Positions 1 through 11,040 of a stretch of 64,000 nucleotides of DNA are shown one piece after another; the stretch's first letter is position 1; each line of letters starts with the position of its first letter. A program made the position numbers and the translations under genes. Under the pieces are notes generated by a model. It made no database searches. It was not told where the DNA came from and saw nothing but the letters and a program-made list of their open reading frames with translations. The stretch is from Botryllus schlosseri (lineage: Eukaryota): positions 5,768,001 to 5,832,000 of the forward strand of contig CM119373.1 in assembly GCA_051294905.1 (NCBI GenBank). The letters are read 5' to 3'.

Positions 1-249
1 TTTGTAAGATTAAGGATTTTTGCTTCCGTATTCTTTCTGAACTACTTCCACACTCGCGCGCTCCCAACTTCAGTCTCTCTCTTTTCCATGAATCCGGATT
101 TGTTCTTTGCTGCCGACTTCGTCCTGGCGCGGCTCACCATCATACTGGGCTTTTTGAGACACTCCTATAGCAGTGAGGTTGGCGATGAGGAGCCAAGATA
201 AACCTCCGACACATAGAATTTGATTCGAACCGGGACTCGTACCACATAA

Positions 250-1110
250 ATCTATGTTACTGACCGACTCACCGAAGTTAAGCTTTAATGCCCTACCATG
301 GTTTCTCATTATCGAAAAGACACGTGTAATCATTCGTGGATGGATAGAAATCGTGTCGCCACCATGATGTCTACATAAAAGCGTTTCTAAGCACACCGTG
401 TATTGTTTTGATGAGCTTTAAATCATCAATAGACCTCGACTATAGAGCTGACACAAATAAGGGAAATACCAGCGATGCGTGAATGCAACGGCAGCGTTGC
501 TGATGTTGTTTTGGTATGCATGATTATCGACTACTTGGATCACTTGACACGTGGCCGATGTTCTTTATTATGAATCAGATCTGTTCCATAGTAACTGGGT
601 CAACATTCGTTCTATAGGATATTGTATAAATCTGCTTACGTTTAATTCAGATGTCGCGGAGGAGCCGAGATGGACCTCTGATACTTTTGGTAGGAGGTTC
701 TTATCATCAGCAGCAACGTTCGCTATATAGATACGCGGAAGTTGATTACGCGAGAAATAATTGCAGTCGCTATCACCACACGCCGCGTACTTCCCGAAAC
801 GATTTCACATAGATCAAAACGTCCCGCCGTAGTTCCAATATAACCAAACAGCGCACCAAAATGTTATTAGGTTACTATCGTGCAGCTTCCACGGCTCTGG
901 CACCAGGCAGTTGTTTCCGTATACCGCACATTAAATCCCGTAAATGTTGGTCGAAATCATTCATTGTATCGTGTCCATAACGCAATTGAGACCAGATTGA
1001 AATTGGGTATGATCGTAAGTGTGTCGAAGCTCGAGGAGGCGGCTCAGCGGTTCGGGATTGAGCCCTGGGGTTATGCTAAGAATTACTAAAGACACCTGAC
1101 CTGCCTATCC
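250..1110. repeat. Unidentified dispersed repeat, uninterrupted reference copy
   Basis: 250-870 aligns by eye with 16420-16840 (shared accatggtttctcat, agagctgacacaaataa, gcgcaccaaaatgtt). 875-1110 aligns with 33413-33780 (tggcaccaggcagttgttt, tcgtgtccataa, cgggattga). No intact or recognisable ORF. Confidence 0.75.
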
Positions 1111-1164
1111 TGGGTTTTTTGCTTTGTAAAAGTGAGCGGAATCACTTATTTAAGATAGTTACAA

Positions 1165-1520
1165 TTCATTATTATAATCATATTGAACGGAATCCGAATA
1201 TATCCGGTTAGCACCCCTCAGGGGTAATAGTCAGCAACTATAGTGAAGAATTGGAAAGAACATTGCATATCAACAATCGTATGAAAAATATAACGTCACC
1301 AGCATGAAATTCCGAATAGCAGAGCTTTCAATCTACTTCTTGTAAATGGTACACGAACTCCTTTTGTTGGCACAGGTTTGGCTAGTGAATTTTCATAAAA
1401 GTCGACTCCAAAGTACACAAATGAAAGTGTAAACGGTCCCTCCAAACGACGTGAAATCTGTCGTTTCGATAAATTTTCGCGCAGCGGGACTATCCAACAG
1501 ATGTGTGCCAATGGCAGAAT
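1165..1520 (-). mobile_element. Degenerate Penelope-like element 3' fragment (GIY-YIG C-terminus plus decayed hammerhead)
   Basis: The minus strand encodes AIGTHLLD...HFHLCTLESTFMKIH*PNLCQQKEFVYHL, matching the copy at 41422-41594. A decayed hammerhead motif lies at 1192-1225. Confidence 0.75.
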
Positions 1521-1682
1521 TTATGACCTTGTCATTGCTCAGCATCATGGTTGAGCGGATGAGTCAAGGGAGGGCTTTTCAATGACGGTGATGCGAGTGG
1601 TCTAATCTCTAATGAATCTAGGGACAGTGGGATACACTGTTTTAGTTGTTCCTGCAAACGCTTTGACGCTCTTCCCACGTAC

Positions 1683-2202
1683 TAGGGCTTGGCAAAATCG
1701 AGTAACTGAGTGATTTGATTTTGAATCACGCAATATGCTTCGAGTCGAGTCGAGTAATCGAGTATTACTCATTATGACGTCAACACAGAATGTAATACGT
1801 CAAAGCTCAGATATGTACCGTTTATGCCACCACAAAGAATACAATGCCTGTTATCGATCTCATAAAAGCTCCTTGGGTATTTTATCGACCACACCGATTT
1901 CATTCCACTTGGTGACAATTTTGTGGGATAATCATGACTTCGGGAATGTGCTACGTCCAGTAACCTTGGTAGCTTTGTACTATATGTTTCGCTATGCTAC
2001 GATACCGCTAATCAAGGTTTCAAGGCTTCAACGGTGAAAATTAGTATCGAAACTATAATCCTAGTTGATAAATTGACTTTCAGTGGTTAGAAGCGTATAA
2101 TTTGAGTACTCGAAAAAATCGTCTTTTAGTACTCGACTCAATCGAATCATTAAAATTAATACTCGATTTAATCGAGTACTCGAATCATTGTGACCAGCCG
2201 TA
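1683..2202. mobile_element. Non-autonomous hAT-like MITE (TAGGGCT termini, TCGAGTA-rich)
   Basis: Terminal TAGGGCTTGGCA / TGACCAGCCGTA. Inverted homologue of 6759-7265 and 57859-58358. TSD not evident. Confidence 0.75.
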
Positions 2203-4057
2203 GTAGCCACAATCGCGGTGGCACTTATGTTCTTCCTGCACTTAAATAATGTAATGTAGCGTACCAACAGCGAGTGCATAAAGCAGACAACAATTTGATC
2301 CAGAGAAGAAGAACGTGAATTTGCTCGTCTGGTGGAGAGAGGAGATGTTGTTGTTTGTAGTATTTCATGGTTTTTGACTGTTTATCGACTGCTATGGTTA
2401 TTTAAACCTGGCCAATTTTCTTCATATTTATTTTTCAGTGTATTTGGTTTATTGGCTGGTACCCAATTAAGGGAACATTGATCACGATCACATTTATTTT
2501 GCTTCCTTAAAATTGAGTTTCTAACGCATATTCAAAGTCAATAAAATAATTGCAATGAAACCACCTAATTATTCAGTACACTCCACTAGTATACGAATCA
2601 TCGACAAGCATAAAGTCAATCATTCAAATTCAAAGCCGCAAATGCGTTCAATTAAAATAAGCAAAAATTCTAATCACGTTGAAAAGCAATGAATTAGAGT
2701 GTTTACATATAAGGACGGAGTTGTTGGTATGAAATGGATAGTGACACCTGATCTTTGCACCCCAGCGACTATCTTATTGAACAGGATTGTCAATATAAGT
2801 CACCAGGTTCGGAGTCATAAGTCAATATTACTTTTATAGTTTTTAACCAAGTTTAATACAGTGAAGTCCTAGTACAAGTCAGGGAACAAATGGTGGAGTC
2901 ATAGTCATAGTGTTTAATGTTCATCGTCGAGCTTAAGTCGGATTCCACTTGCTTTTTCGAAACTCTTGAATCATATATCTAGCGATCAACACGGCAACGG
3001 CTGCGAGGATAATGAATATAATTGGTTCTGTCACGTGAATGTGAGTCCCAGCGTTTTATAAGAGCTACTGAAAACTGTTCGGCGGAAGTTCTTTAAAGAT
3101 CACAGTATGCATGTTCGAATTACTTCGAAGAATGAGGAGATCTCGTCAACGTTTTGATCCTCGCATGTAGTCACTCACTGCTTCGCAGGATTTTGAATCA
3201 ATCATCTCTCCTAGCCACAATCAGACGCATTCAGTATATTCTCTTAAAATTCATCTACGCGACCATTGAATTGAACATTGAATTTCAAGTAGGCGTAGGC
3301 ATATTACATTAACAAAGACGGCCGACGTGGTCATTCTGAGATGACTTAAAATCCACGGGATAACATACATATTCCATAGATTTTGGTCAAGTCTACATAT
3401 GTAGAGTGAGTAGCTATCAAATTAGAAATTCGATGGCCCGGTTGGTGTTGGGAACAAATCGATGAAATTGGCAGCAAATTCCTTGTCGGGAAATGCGCGC
3501 ACGCCAAGTCGCAGTCTTGTGGAAGATGGGACCTGATGTAGATATTCACGGAAGCGACAACGCCAACACGAAAACATCATTGCAGGTTGCATCGACAATA
3601 TAACGGCGCACAAAGAAACCGTGGTCGCACTGCCGTTTAATTTCTGACTCAGAAGACCCCATGCCTCCAGTAAACCCGATTTACGATTTAATTAAAACGA
3701 CGCAAATCCCAACGACCTGGTTTACAGTAAGATCTATTGCATTCCTCACAAATCGTACGCACGGCTAACGCCACCTTGCGACTAATACAAAGAGGGAGCA
3801 TACAAATATGCCAATTGGTACCGTCGTTAGAGCCACTGTTTTAGCGGATTAAAATGTAGGGCAGACCGAGGAAGATTGTCACACCATAGTGTCCTATATG
3901 GTGTCGACACAAGCAAATCTCACGGCTCAGTGAAATTGTAACACGTCACAATTTCCATTTGGCTACAGGCAATTTGACGGTCATTTTTGCGTTACTGCAA
4001 GAAAGAAAATTGTTCGCTCGTGTCAAGGCTGCTGCTCGAGAACGCATGGGTATAAAT

Positions 4058-4873
4058 CAGGGACGGGCAACTTCTCCAGTCGGCGGGCCAGATCTGTGAA
4101 AATTAAGTACTTGGCAGGCCGGATTGCTGAATCGATACATTAAACGACGATTTATTCACATATACAACGAATAAATCGTATTTAATGAATACAAGCAATA
4201 AATCGTATTTAATGAATGCATTTTAACGACAGAAATGTCACGTCAAAGACATTTCTCGCCGATAATGGCGAAGACAATGTGGATTTGAGAACAGCCATTG
4301 TCATACAGTTTCCAAGCGTTCGATAAGCCCGGTAGGCTACCCCATATGCACCAAGATGTCAATTGATCGGGGTTGAGTATACATCGTAAATGCCGATAAT
4401 GCAAGTCTTCTCGCTTCGAAGAACTTAGCGTAAGCTCCACTCTCGCATGCTGCGCACACATGTAGGCCTATATAACCACATACTGTCACTAATATTCAGA
4501 GGTGGTCAGTAAGAAGTACTTCTACTTTTTGAAGTACTTGAAGTAGATTTTGCCTACTCACACTACTTTTCAAGTAGTTATGATTTTAGACTACTTCTAC
4601 TTCTACTTGACAGTTTTCAGTTTTGTAGGCAAACATAGGCGTAGAATACCTACTTACTTACTTACTTGTGAACCACCACTCCTACTTCTACTTGAGTAGA
4701 AATTCCGGCGTTACTTCTACTTCTACTTGAGTAGCGACGGTGACTACCTTGACCACCTCTGCTAATATTTGACGTTTAACCAAGTAAGTGGGAGATGTCA
4801 GCAGACTGGGCCGCAAACCACATTATCATGGACGATGGGAAACTGTCCGCGGGCCGTATGTTGCCCGCCCCTG
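4058..4873. mobile_element. hAT (Charlie/Buster-like) MITE
   Basis: TIRs CAGGGACGGGCAAC / GTTGCCCGCCCCTG. Perfect 8-bp TSD GTATAAAT (4050-4057, 4874-4881). Confidence 0.9.
4497..4761. mobile_element. Nested hAT MITE with ACTTCT repeats
   Basis: TIRs CAGAGGTGGTCA / TGACCACCTCTG. Perfect TSD CTAATATT (4489-4496, 4762-4769). Confidence 0.9.
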
Positions 4874-5449
4874 GTATAAATGCAACATCAGCCCCATCGG
4901 AAAGAGTTTTCAGCCATGCAGGAGAATAGTTTAGTTCGAAACGAAACGAAACAAGCTGAGTTTACAGACGTTACCATTCTCATTATTTTGAGAGTGAACC
5001 ATGATATGATACGAACCGAACTTGAATTCTCTCTAATTCGGTTTTTCCGAATTCAGTAATTCTAATTATAATCCAATTTGGAATAAATTGTGCAGCTCTA
5101 ATTCTCCATGTAGTTTTTACTTAAAATTATCTAGTTGGCCAAGTCTGTCCTCAACTAATATGTTACAAAATAAAGAATTATGATTCGATCGGCTATTTCA
5201 TCGACGGTGTATATGGTGTTTAAAAGTCAATCATTTCGTGGAATGTTTGTATCTTTTTGTAAGCAATACGTTTCAGGCTATCGACGGATGTTTTTTCACT
5301 GAGTTAATAATAATCCTCTTACACGCGATTAAAGTCAAATAACGTCGGAAGATTGAGACATAATAAATGAGGATAAAAATGATCGAGCTCACACGTAATT
5401 ATACGTCATGAATGAAAATAGAGGATTGCATAGTAGAACTTGACATGTA

Positions 5450-5455
5450 TTTATT
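5450..5455 (-). promoter_or_regulatory. Candidate polyadenylation signal of the pentraxin-domain gene
   Basis: AATAAA on the minus strand about 450 nt downstream of the TGA at 5902-5904. Confidence 0.5.
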
Positions 5456-5565
5456 CAATTATGTATTTTACCTTGACATATTCCAGTAGAGAAATTTAAC
5501 ATAGAACTTATGATTCGTGGAGATTCGCTACGACAATTATAATATAGCTGCACCGTCACATGCAC

Positions 5566-5800
5566 ATATATTTAGTGATTTCTTAAGATTTAGAATGTTA
5601 GACTTTTGTAGCTGAAATAAATGCATATTTCCTAACATTTTAAGTCTCATGAAATTGCCGTAACTCCGGTAGCGAGACGAAAATACTTAGCAGATAGATA
5701 TATATTTAGTGATTTCGCAAGATTTAGAAAGTCAGACTCTTGTAGCCGAAACAATTGCCTATTTCCAAACAGTCTGAGTCTCTTGAAATTAGCTCCGGTA
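5566..5800. repeat. Diverged ~133-bp tandem duplication in the presumed 3' UTR
   Basis: Two units starting ATATATTTAGTGATTTC (~5566, ~5699), both ending CTCCGGTA. Confidence 0.8.
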
Positions 5801-5901
5801 ACCAGCACAACTGCACAGAGAGTACATATGTATGTTCAAAAGTCCCATGTTGTCATGCAGGGGACTATACGTTATGACCGTCAATTACCGTTTGCTTCTA
5901 T

Positions 5902-6557
5902 TCATTTGATCGTCATTGGACATGTTACATTCCACTGAGCTGACACATTTCCTTTGATCACCGAATTTCGCTCATCAAAATTTGCAATAGAATCGCCCTC
6001 GCAACTGCATCCGCCTGTTTCAAATAAATCATCAATTTCCCGTTCGTCGAGAGCTTTGTTCCAGAGTTGAACTTCTTTCATTTCGCCGACGAATCCACTA
6101 ATCGGATATCCACTTTTTTCAGGTTCTTGCAAATTCCCTAAAATTAATGCTCCACCTTCTGCAATAGGTTTGCTGTTCTGCCTCGTATATGTAGATGTAG
6201 AACTTGACGAGCCCTTGATGAAATACTGCAATGCTTTTTCTGACATAACAATGCATGCATAGGTCCATTGTCTGAGGGTGAGTGAAGCGGAAACAGATAC
6301 TGAATGGGGTGATCCTTCAGTGATGGAAACGTTTAGGACTATATTCTTGTACTGATCTAGATTTGTGCGAAGAGTTACACAATCCTTTGATTTTCGCGGA
6401 CAGTAGCTTATAACGGCTCTTATTTCTGATTCGTCCATTTGTTCTGGTCGCAACCACAAGCATAGTGTAAAATTCTGCAACTCCGGTAAGCTACCATTGT
6501 ATTGAACGTGGCCCTTGTGTTGCTTCATTGGGAAAATGAAGTGCGATGAGTTACATA
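5902..6557 (-). CDS. Terminal exon: pentraxin (PTX/LamG-like) domain
   Basis: Open frame with FTLCLWLR, WTYACIV, GGALILG and FVGEMKEVQLWNKAL motifs. Acceptor cttctccttttgcatttcag at 6558 (phase 1), stop TGA. The ORF-track start at 6771 is intronic/MITE. Confidence 0.9.
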
Positions 6558-6758
6558 CTGAAATGCAAAAGGAGAAGTCGCTCGGATATGATTTGAAAAT
6601 CACGAGTAAGGGCACTGTTGAATTACATTTTATAACTACGTGAGTCGGGCGGCTGATCCTATTATGCAATTTTTTTCTGTAGGTTAGCTTGCGCGACCTT
6701 GCGGGACTGTTGGTAAATTCGCACGGTTTACTAAGGCACTCCAAATAGTGGTAATAAC

Positions 6759-7265
6759 TAGGGCTGGGCACAATGATTCGAGTACTCGAATCTCAATCAA
6801 GTATTAATTTCAATGTTTCGAGTCGAGTAGCAAAAGACGATTTTTCTCCAGTACGCTTCTAACCACTGAAAGTTGATTTATCAACGAGATTTGTGGTTTC
6901 AATACTGATTTTCACTCTTGAAGCCTTGAAATCTTGAACAGCAGTATCGTAGCATACGAAATCTATGGTACAAAGCTACGAAGGTTACTGGACGTAACAC
7001 ATTTCCGAAATCATGATTATCCCACAAAATTGTCACCCATTGGAATGAAATCGATATGGTCGAAAAAATACCAAAGTATCTTATATGAGATGGATACCTG
7101 GCATTATATTATTTGTGGTGGCAAAAATGGTACATATTTGAACTCTGACGTAATGCATTCTGTTATGACTTCATAATGAGTGATACTCGATTACTCGATT
7201 CGACTCGAAGCATACTACGTGATTCAGAATCGATTCACTCAGGTACTCGATTTTGCCCAACCCTA
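6759..7265. mobile_element. hAT-like MITE (TAGGGCTGGGCA family), intronic
   Basis: TIRs TAGGGCTGGGCA / TGCCCAACCCTA. TSD GTAATAAC / GTAAAAAC. Confidence 0.9.
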
Positions 7266-7421
7266 GTAAAAACTTCAGGCACGGAGAGCATTTTGAACTG
7301 GTCAAAATACTCAATTCTCAAATTCTTCGGAGGTAGTATATCAAAGCATCGGTAATGTTAATGGCAATGTTCGTAATCTACATTTGTAATTGGGTATGTC
7401 ATTTGCTAGATGGCGCATATC

Positions 7422-7848
7422 TAGGCTTACCGTACGTCCTCTTTTAAGAGGATTTGTCCTCTTTTTTGACTTTTTTGAAATTGTCCTCGGAGGACGCCCT
7501 TTTCTCCTCTTTTTTGAGATTTTGTCCTCTTTTTTGAAAATATTGGTCAGATTTAGAGGAAATTGCGAGTGATATGCCGCAAATTAGCGCAGAAGTGAAG
7601 CTCCGGCGGGTATTTCGGAGGGAAAAGCGGTGATTTTAGCTCTGAGCGAAAAGAAGACTTTTTTTAGTGGAAAACGTTATTTTGAGCTCTGAGCGGAAGT
7701 GATGACCTTTTTTATTTATTTTTTTTTAGTCAACCGATCACGAAGTGGGAAAAATTTACCAGATTTTGAGTATTCTTCTCCAGTTTTGCATGTCTGAGAT
7801 TTCTGAAAAAGTGTCCTCATTTTACATTTCCAAAATATGGTAAGCCTA
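7422..7848. mobile_element. hAT-like MITE, intronic
   Basis: TIRs TAGGCTTACCGTA / TATGGTAAGCCTA. Imperfect TSD CGCATATC / CTTATATC. Confidence 0.8.
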
Positions 7849-8532
7849 CTTATATCTCGCGGATGAACATGACGACACTGTGGATTCGAAAACTGCGTTG
7901 TCGTGCATACGTAGCGCAATATTAGTTCTTCAGTCACCAGTTTTATCAGCGGAATTCAGATCCACCGAATCTGTTAACAACGTTCTGATTTACGCATCTC
8001 GCCGATTATATGGAGGCTAGACATTATATTTTATAATGCACTGACTAATTGATCGCTGGTGCGGACTATGAACAACAACCATTCTGGTATAAAATGGATT
8101 TTATGCATTTTTTCAATTTATCAGGCGTACCAGCAGTCAAATGTTAATATTAGTCTAGGATTTCAAAATTCTTCCTTGTAGAAAACGAAATTAAAGTATC
8201 CTACATCGAATGAGAGCAGGAAATGGTAACATTTCTGCAGTGCGTTATTTTTCATAGTCATTGTAGTGAAGATATATCAATGATTTAGTAAACATGAACA
8301 TAGAAATTGCAATCATTCACATTCAGATGACAGCATTCAAACAGCTCGACAGTTAGATTGGGAACATAAATTTTTCACCAATAAGCATTTTCATATTTGA
8401 ATTGAAATCAATAATTATGATTTCAATATCACCTCGTTGCCGATGGAAACGGAGTTGCAACAAACCATAGGTAGGATATTATAAGTCAAAATGGAGTATA
8501 CAATAACCTGAGTACCAGGTAAAAACAATTAC

Positions 8533-8601
8533 CTCTGGGCTTGGAAGATGTAAGTTCGGCTTTAGTCTCGGTCGTGATAGGTTCCACGTGAGCAGTCGTT
8601 T
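8533..8601 (-). CDS. Internal exon of pentraxin-domain gene (Thr/Ser/Glu stalk)
   Basis: tag|AAACG...CCAGAG|gtaatt, 69 nt, phase 1-1, encodes (Q)TTAHVEPITTETKAELTSSKPR. Confidence 0.75.
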
Positions 8602-8801
8602 CTAGATTTCAACATTATTGTCAACAAAACGTAATGTGGAATTTTCCGTTAGTCGCATAATTCCCAGTTATGGGCGAGCGTCGTTTCTTAGTTTGAGTAG
8701 CCTATATGTTGTCATCTTTGGTCAGAGTGTAAGTTCAAACAAATGGAGTAGCCTAATATTCACCTGAAATCAGATTCTTGTGAATTTACGAATCAACTTA
8801 C

Positions 8802-8972
8802 GACTTCCTTGAAGTGGAATATCTGTCGGTATCCTTTCAGTTGTTGTTGTTGTCGTGGTGGTTGGTTTTGTGAAAGTCTGTCCATCTCCCCTATGGACAG
8901 TTGTGGTTATTGAGACTATCCTATTGTGTTGGTCCTGGATAAATTTTTCTAAACTCCGTTGACCTTCCTTTT
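8802..8972 (-). CDS. Internal exon of pentraxin-domain gene (mucin-like Thr run)
   Basis: ttgctttccttcccag|AAAAG...GAAGTC|gtaagt, 171 nt, phase 1-1, encodes KEGQRSLEKF...KPTTTTTTTTERIPTDIPLQGS. Confidence 0.8.
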
Positions 8973-10146
8973 CTGGGAAGGAAAGCAAATTAAAACATTA
9001 AAATCGTTCGTTTGAAACTCGTCTATAGAAAAATTGTTGTCGGTACGGCGAATAAGCGATGGACTATGGGTGCAATTAGCCGAAATATGTATAAATTCGT
9101 TACATTCAGGCGCTACTTAAATATCTTTATTCCAACTACGACACCATCCAAACGCGGACAGGAATTAAACTACTCATTCTATGGTATTATCATCACACAA
9201 TTATAATTGTTGTCGATATGTAGCATTATGTTTAGCTTTCTTCACAACACGATCACCACCCAAAACTAGCCGCAAATGCTATCATTTTGGGTCGCAATGG
9301 CACCAGAACGGTATTTTAATATACATGTAATATTTATTGAATTTCTTGCAACAATTATTTATTCGCGCAATTCTCTGTAGACGTAGTTTGTACACTGTGT
9401 TGGGTATAACCAACAAACCGTAAAATGTCGGTATGAAGATATGGCTTGATCATCACAATGTGCCGTCCTTTATATTTTACAAATTGGATTGAACTCATGA
9501 TAAGATTTCTCTGGCATTGGAATGTATGGAAAATACAGTCGGATACCGTTGCGATACTTTAGTGTAGGGGTGCACAGCGGACAAGTGCGGGAAGATAGTA
9601 CACAGGTATTTCGACTCTAATCTATTCCTCGCTGGGACACGCGAAGAAATGAAGTTTTGGCTAACATACGGTCGGGAAAAGTGCGTTGCTAAACAGACCG
9701 ACATCGATAAATGTTTGGTCAAAATTAACTGTCGCTCGTTAGCAAAAGCCTTAGATATTGAGTTCTCTGGTCGCTGAAATGGCCGACACCTAATTGTCCC
9801 GTCCTTGCAATTTGATTGGACACTATAGTACGAATCTGATGCAAATTTGACCCATGGACAAGAATATTGCGCCACAATGCCAAATACCATGCGCCAGATA
9901 TGTTTCATAAAGCTGCGTTGCGTATAACCATTGTCTGCGCGTTCGGTTTGTCATTCATGCCCGTACAAACGAAGCATGAGGATCAAAATATGTATTCTTT
10001 TGGATGTGTGTGGGCTTGAGTCGCGAGATGCCATTTAAACTCAGATTTAGGTCGCAGTATAAAAAGTTTGAGAACCATTGGTTTACAAAAATATCTGTAG
10101 TCATCATCTTGTTTGCGTATCGTTATGTTACATTTAACGGTTTGGC

Positions 10147-10540
10147 TAGGGTTGCATTTAAAACAAACATGATTAAAACAAAGCCTTTGTTTAATACATG
10201 TTTTAATTGTATTTTTTAAGCCATGACGCAAGGAATATTCATTTTTGACGCCATAGTCAATTCACATTACCAAATAAAAATTTAGGGTAAATTAGGATCC
10301 TTTGATGAAATATCTACGTACTATAGCTGTAAAACAAACTATTTTTAGGGCTCCAACCATCCCATGTCGTATACGTCGGCTATATCGGTTGGCAATCGTC
10401 CGTAGGCATATACAAGATGTGTTTGGAACGTATTCACACAATTATGGCATAAATATACAACTTGAAAAAAACAACATTTTTTCAGAAGACCTTTATTCAA
10501 AACATTGTTTAAACAACCATTTGTTTTAAATTCAACCCAA
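10147..10540. mobile_element. hAT-like MITE (TAGGGTTG family)
   Basis: TIRs TAGGGTTGCATTTAAAACAAA / TTTGTTTTAAATTCAACCCAA. TSD GGTTTGGC / GGTTGAGC. Same family as the outer MITE of the 16852-33412 nest. Confidence 0.8.
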
Positions 10541-11040
10541 GGTTGAGCCACTTTTCTGGCGTCAAATCTATTCCGTCAATACATCATAATAACTATGAAG
10601 CAACTTGCTGGCTCCTATAATACGATAACGACACGGTGACGCTGACAGAGATTCTTCACACGATAATATGGTCAGAAGTTAGGTTATCTAACCACTTGGA
10701 TAAATTTAGATGTAACAGATCATTGCGTTCGATCGGTACAGACTATTGACTAGCGCTCCTATTCTGAACATAGCGCGGGCCGCTGAGACTGCTCGGAATT
10801 CTCTTCCCACGTATTAGCAATTGCAATATCCATAGATCTCATGGTATCCGAATCATTGAAAATGTTGGCTCACGTGTGATATCCTGTCGAAAACAAAATC
10901 ATAAGAATTCATATTACTTTATTGGTGTAGCGATATGCACACAGTGCAGTACACACATCTTTCAGCGAATCTATTAGTGGTGCTCACTGATCATGGTCAA
11001 TTGAAAGTATTGCGAATTAAATGATATACAGACTATATAG

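Larger units (their letters stand above)
3995..4965 (+). pseudogene. hAT transposase C-terminal dimerization-domain remnant split by a MITE
   Basis: Removing the 4058-4873 MITE and one TSD copy gives ...RVKAAARERMGINATSAPSERVFSHAGE*FSSKRN, the hAT 'SxPSERxFSxAG' motif. Confidence 0.65.

Noticed and set aside
6558..6771. N-terminal ~70 aa of the 289-aa ORF
   Set aside because: It starts inside a MITE terminus and lies upstream of a clear splice acceptor, so it is intronic read-through.
9495..9908. 137-aa ORF as an intact exon or gene
   Set aside because: No clear donor or acceptor compatible with neighbouring exons, and only a vague CCP-like cysteine pattern. Kept as a caveat in the gene-model finding.
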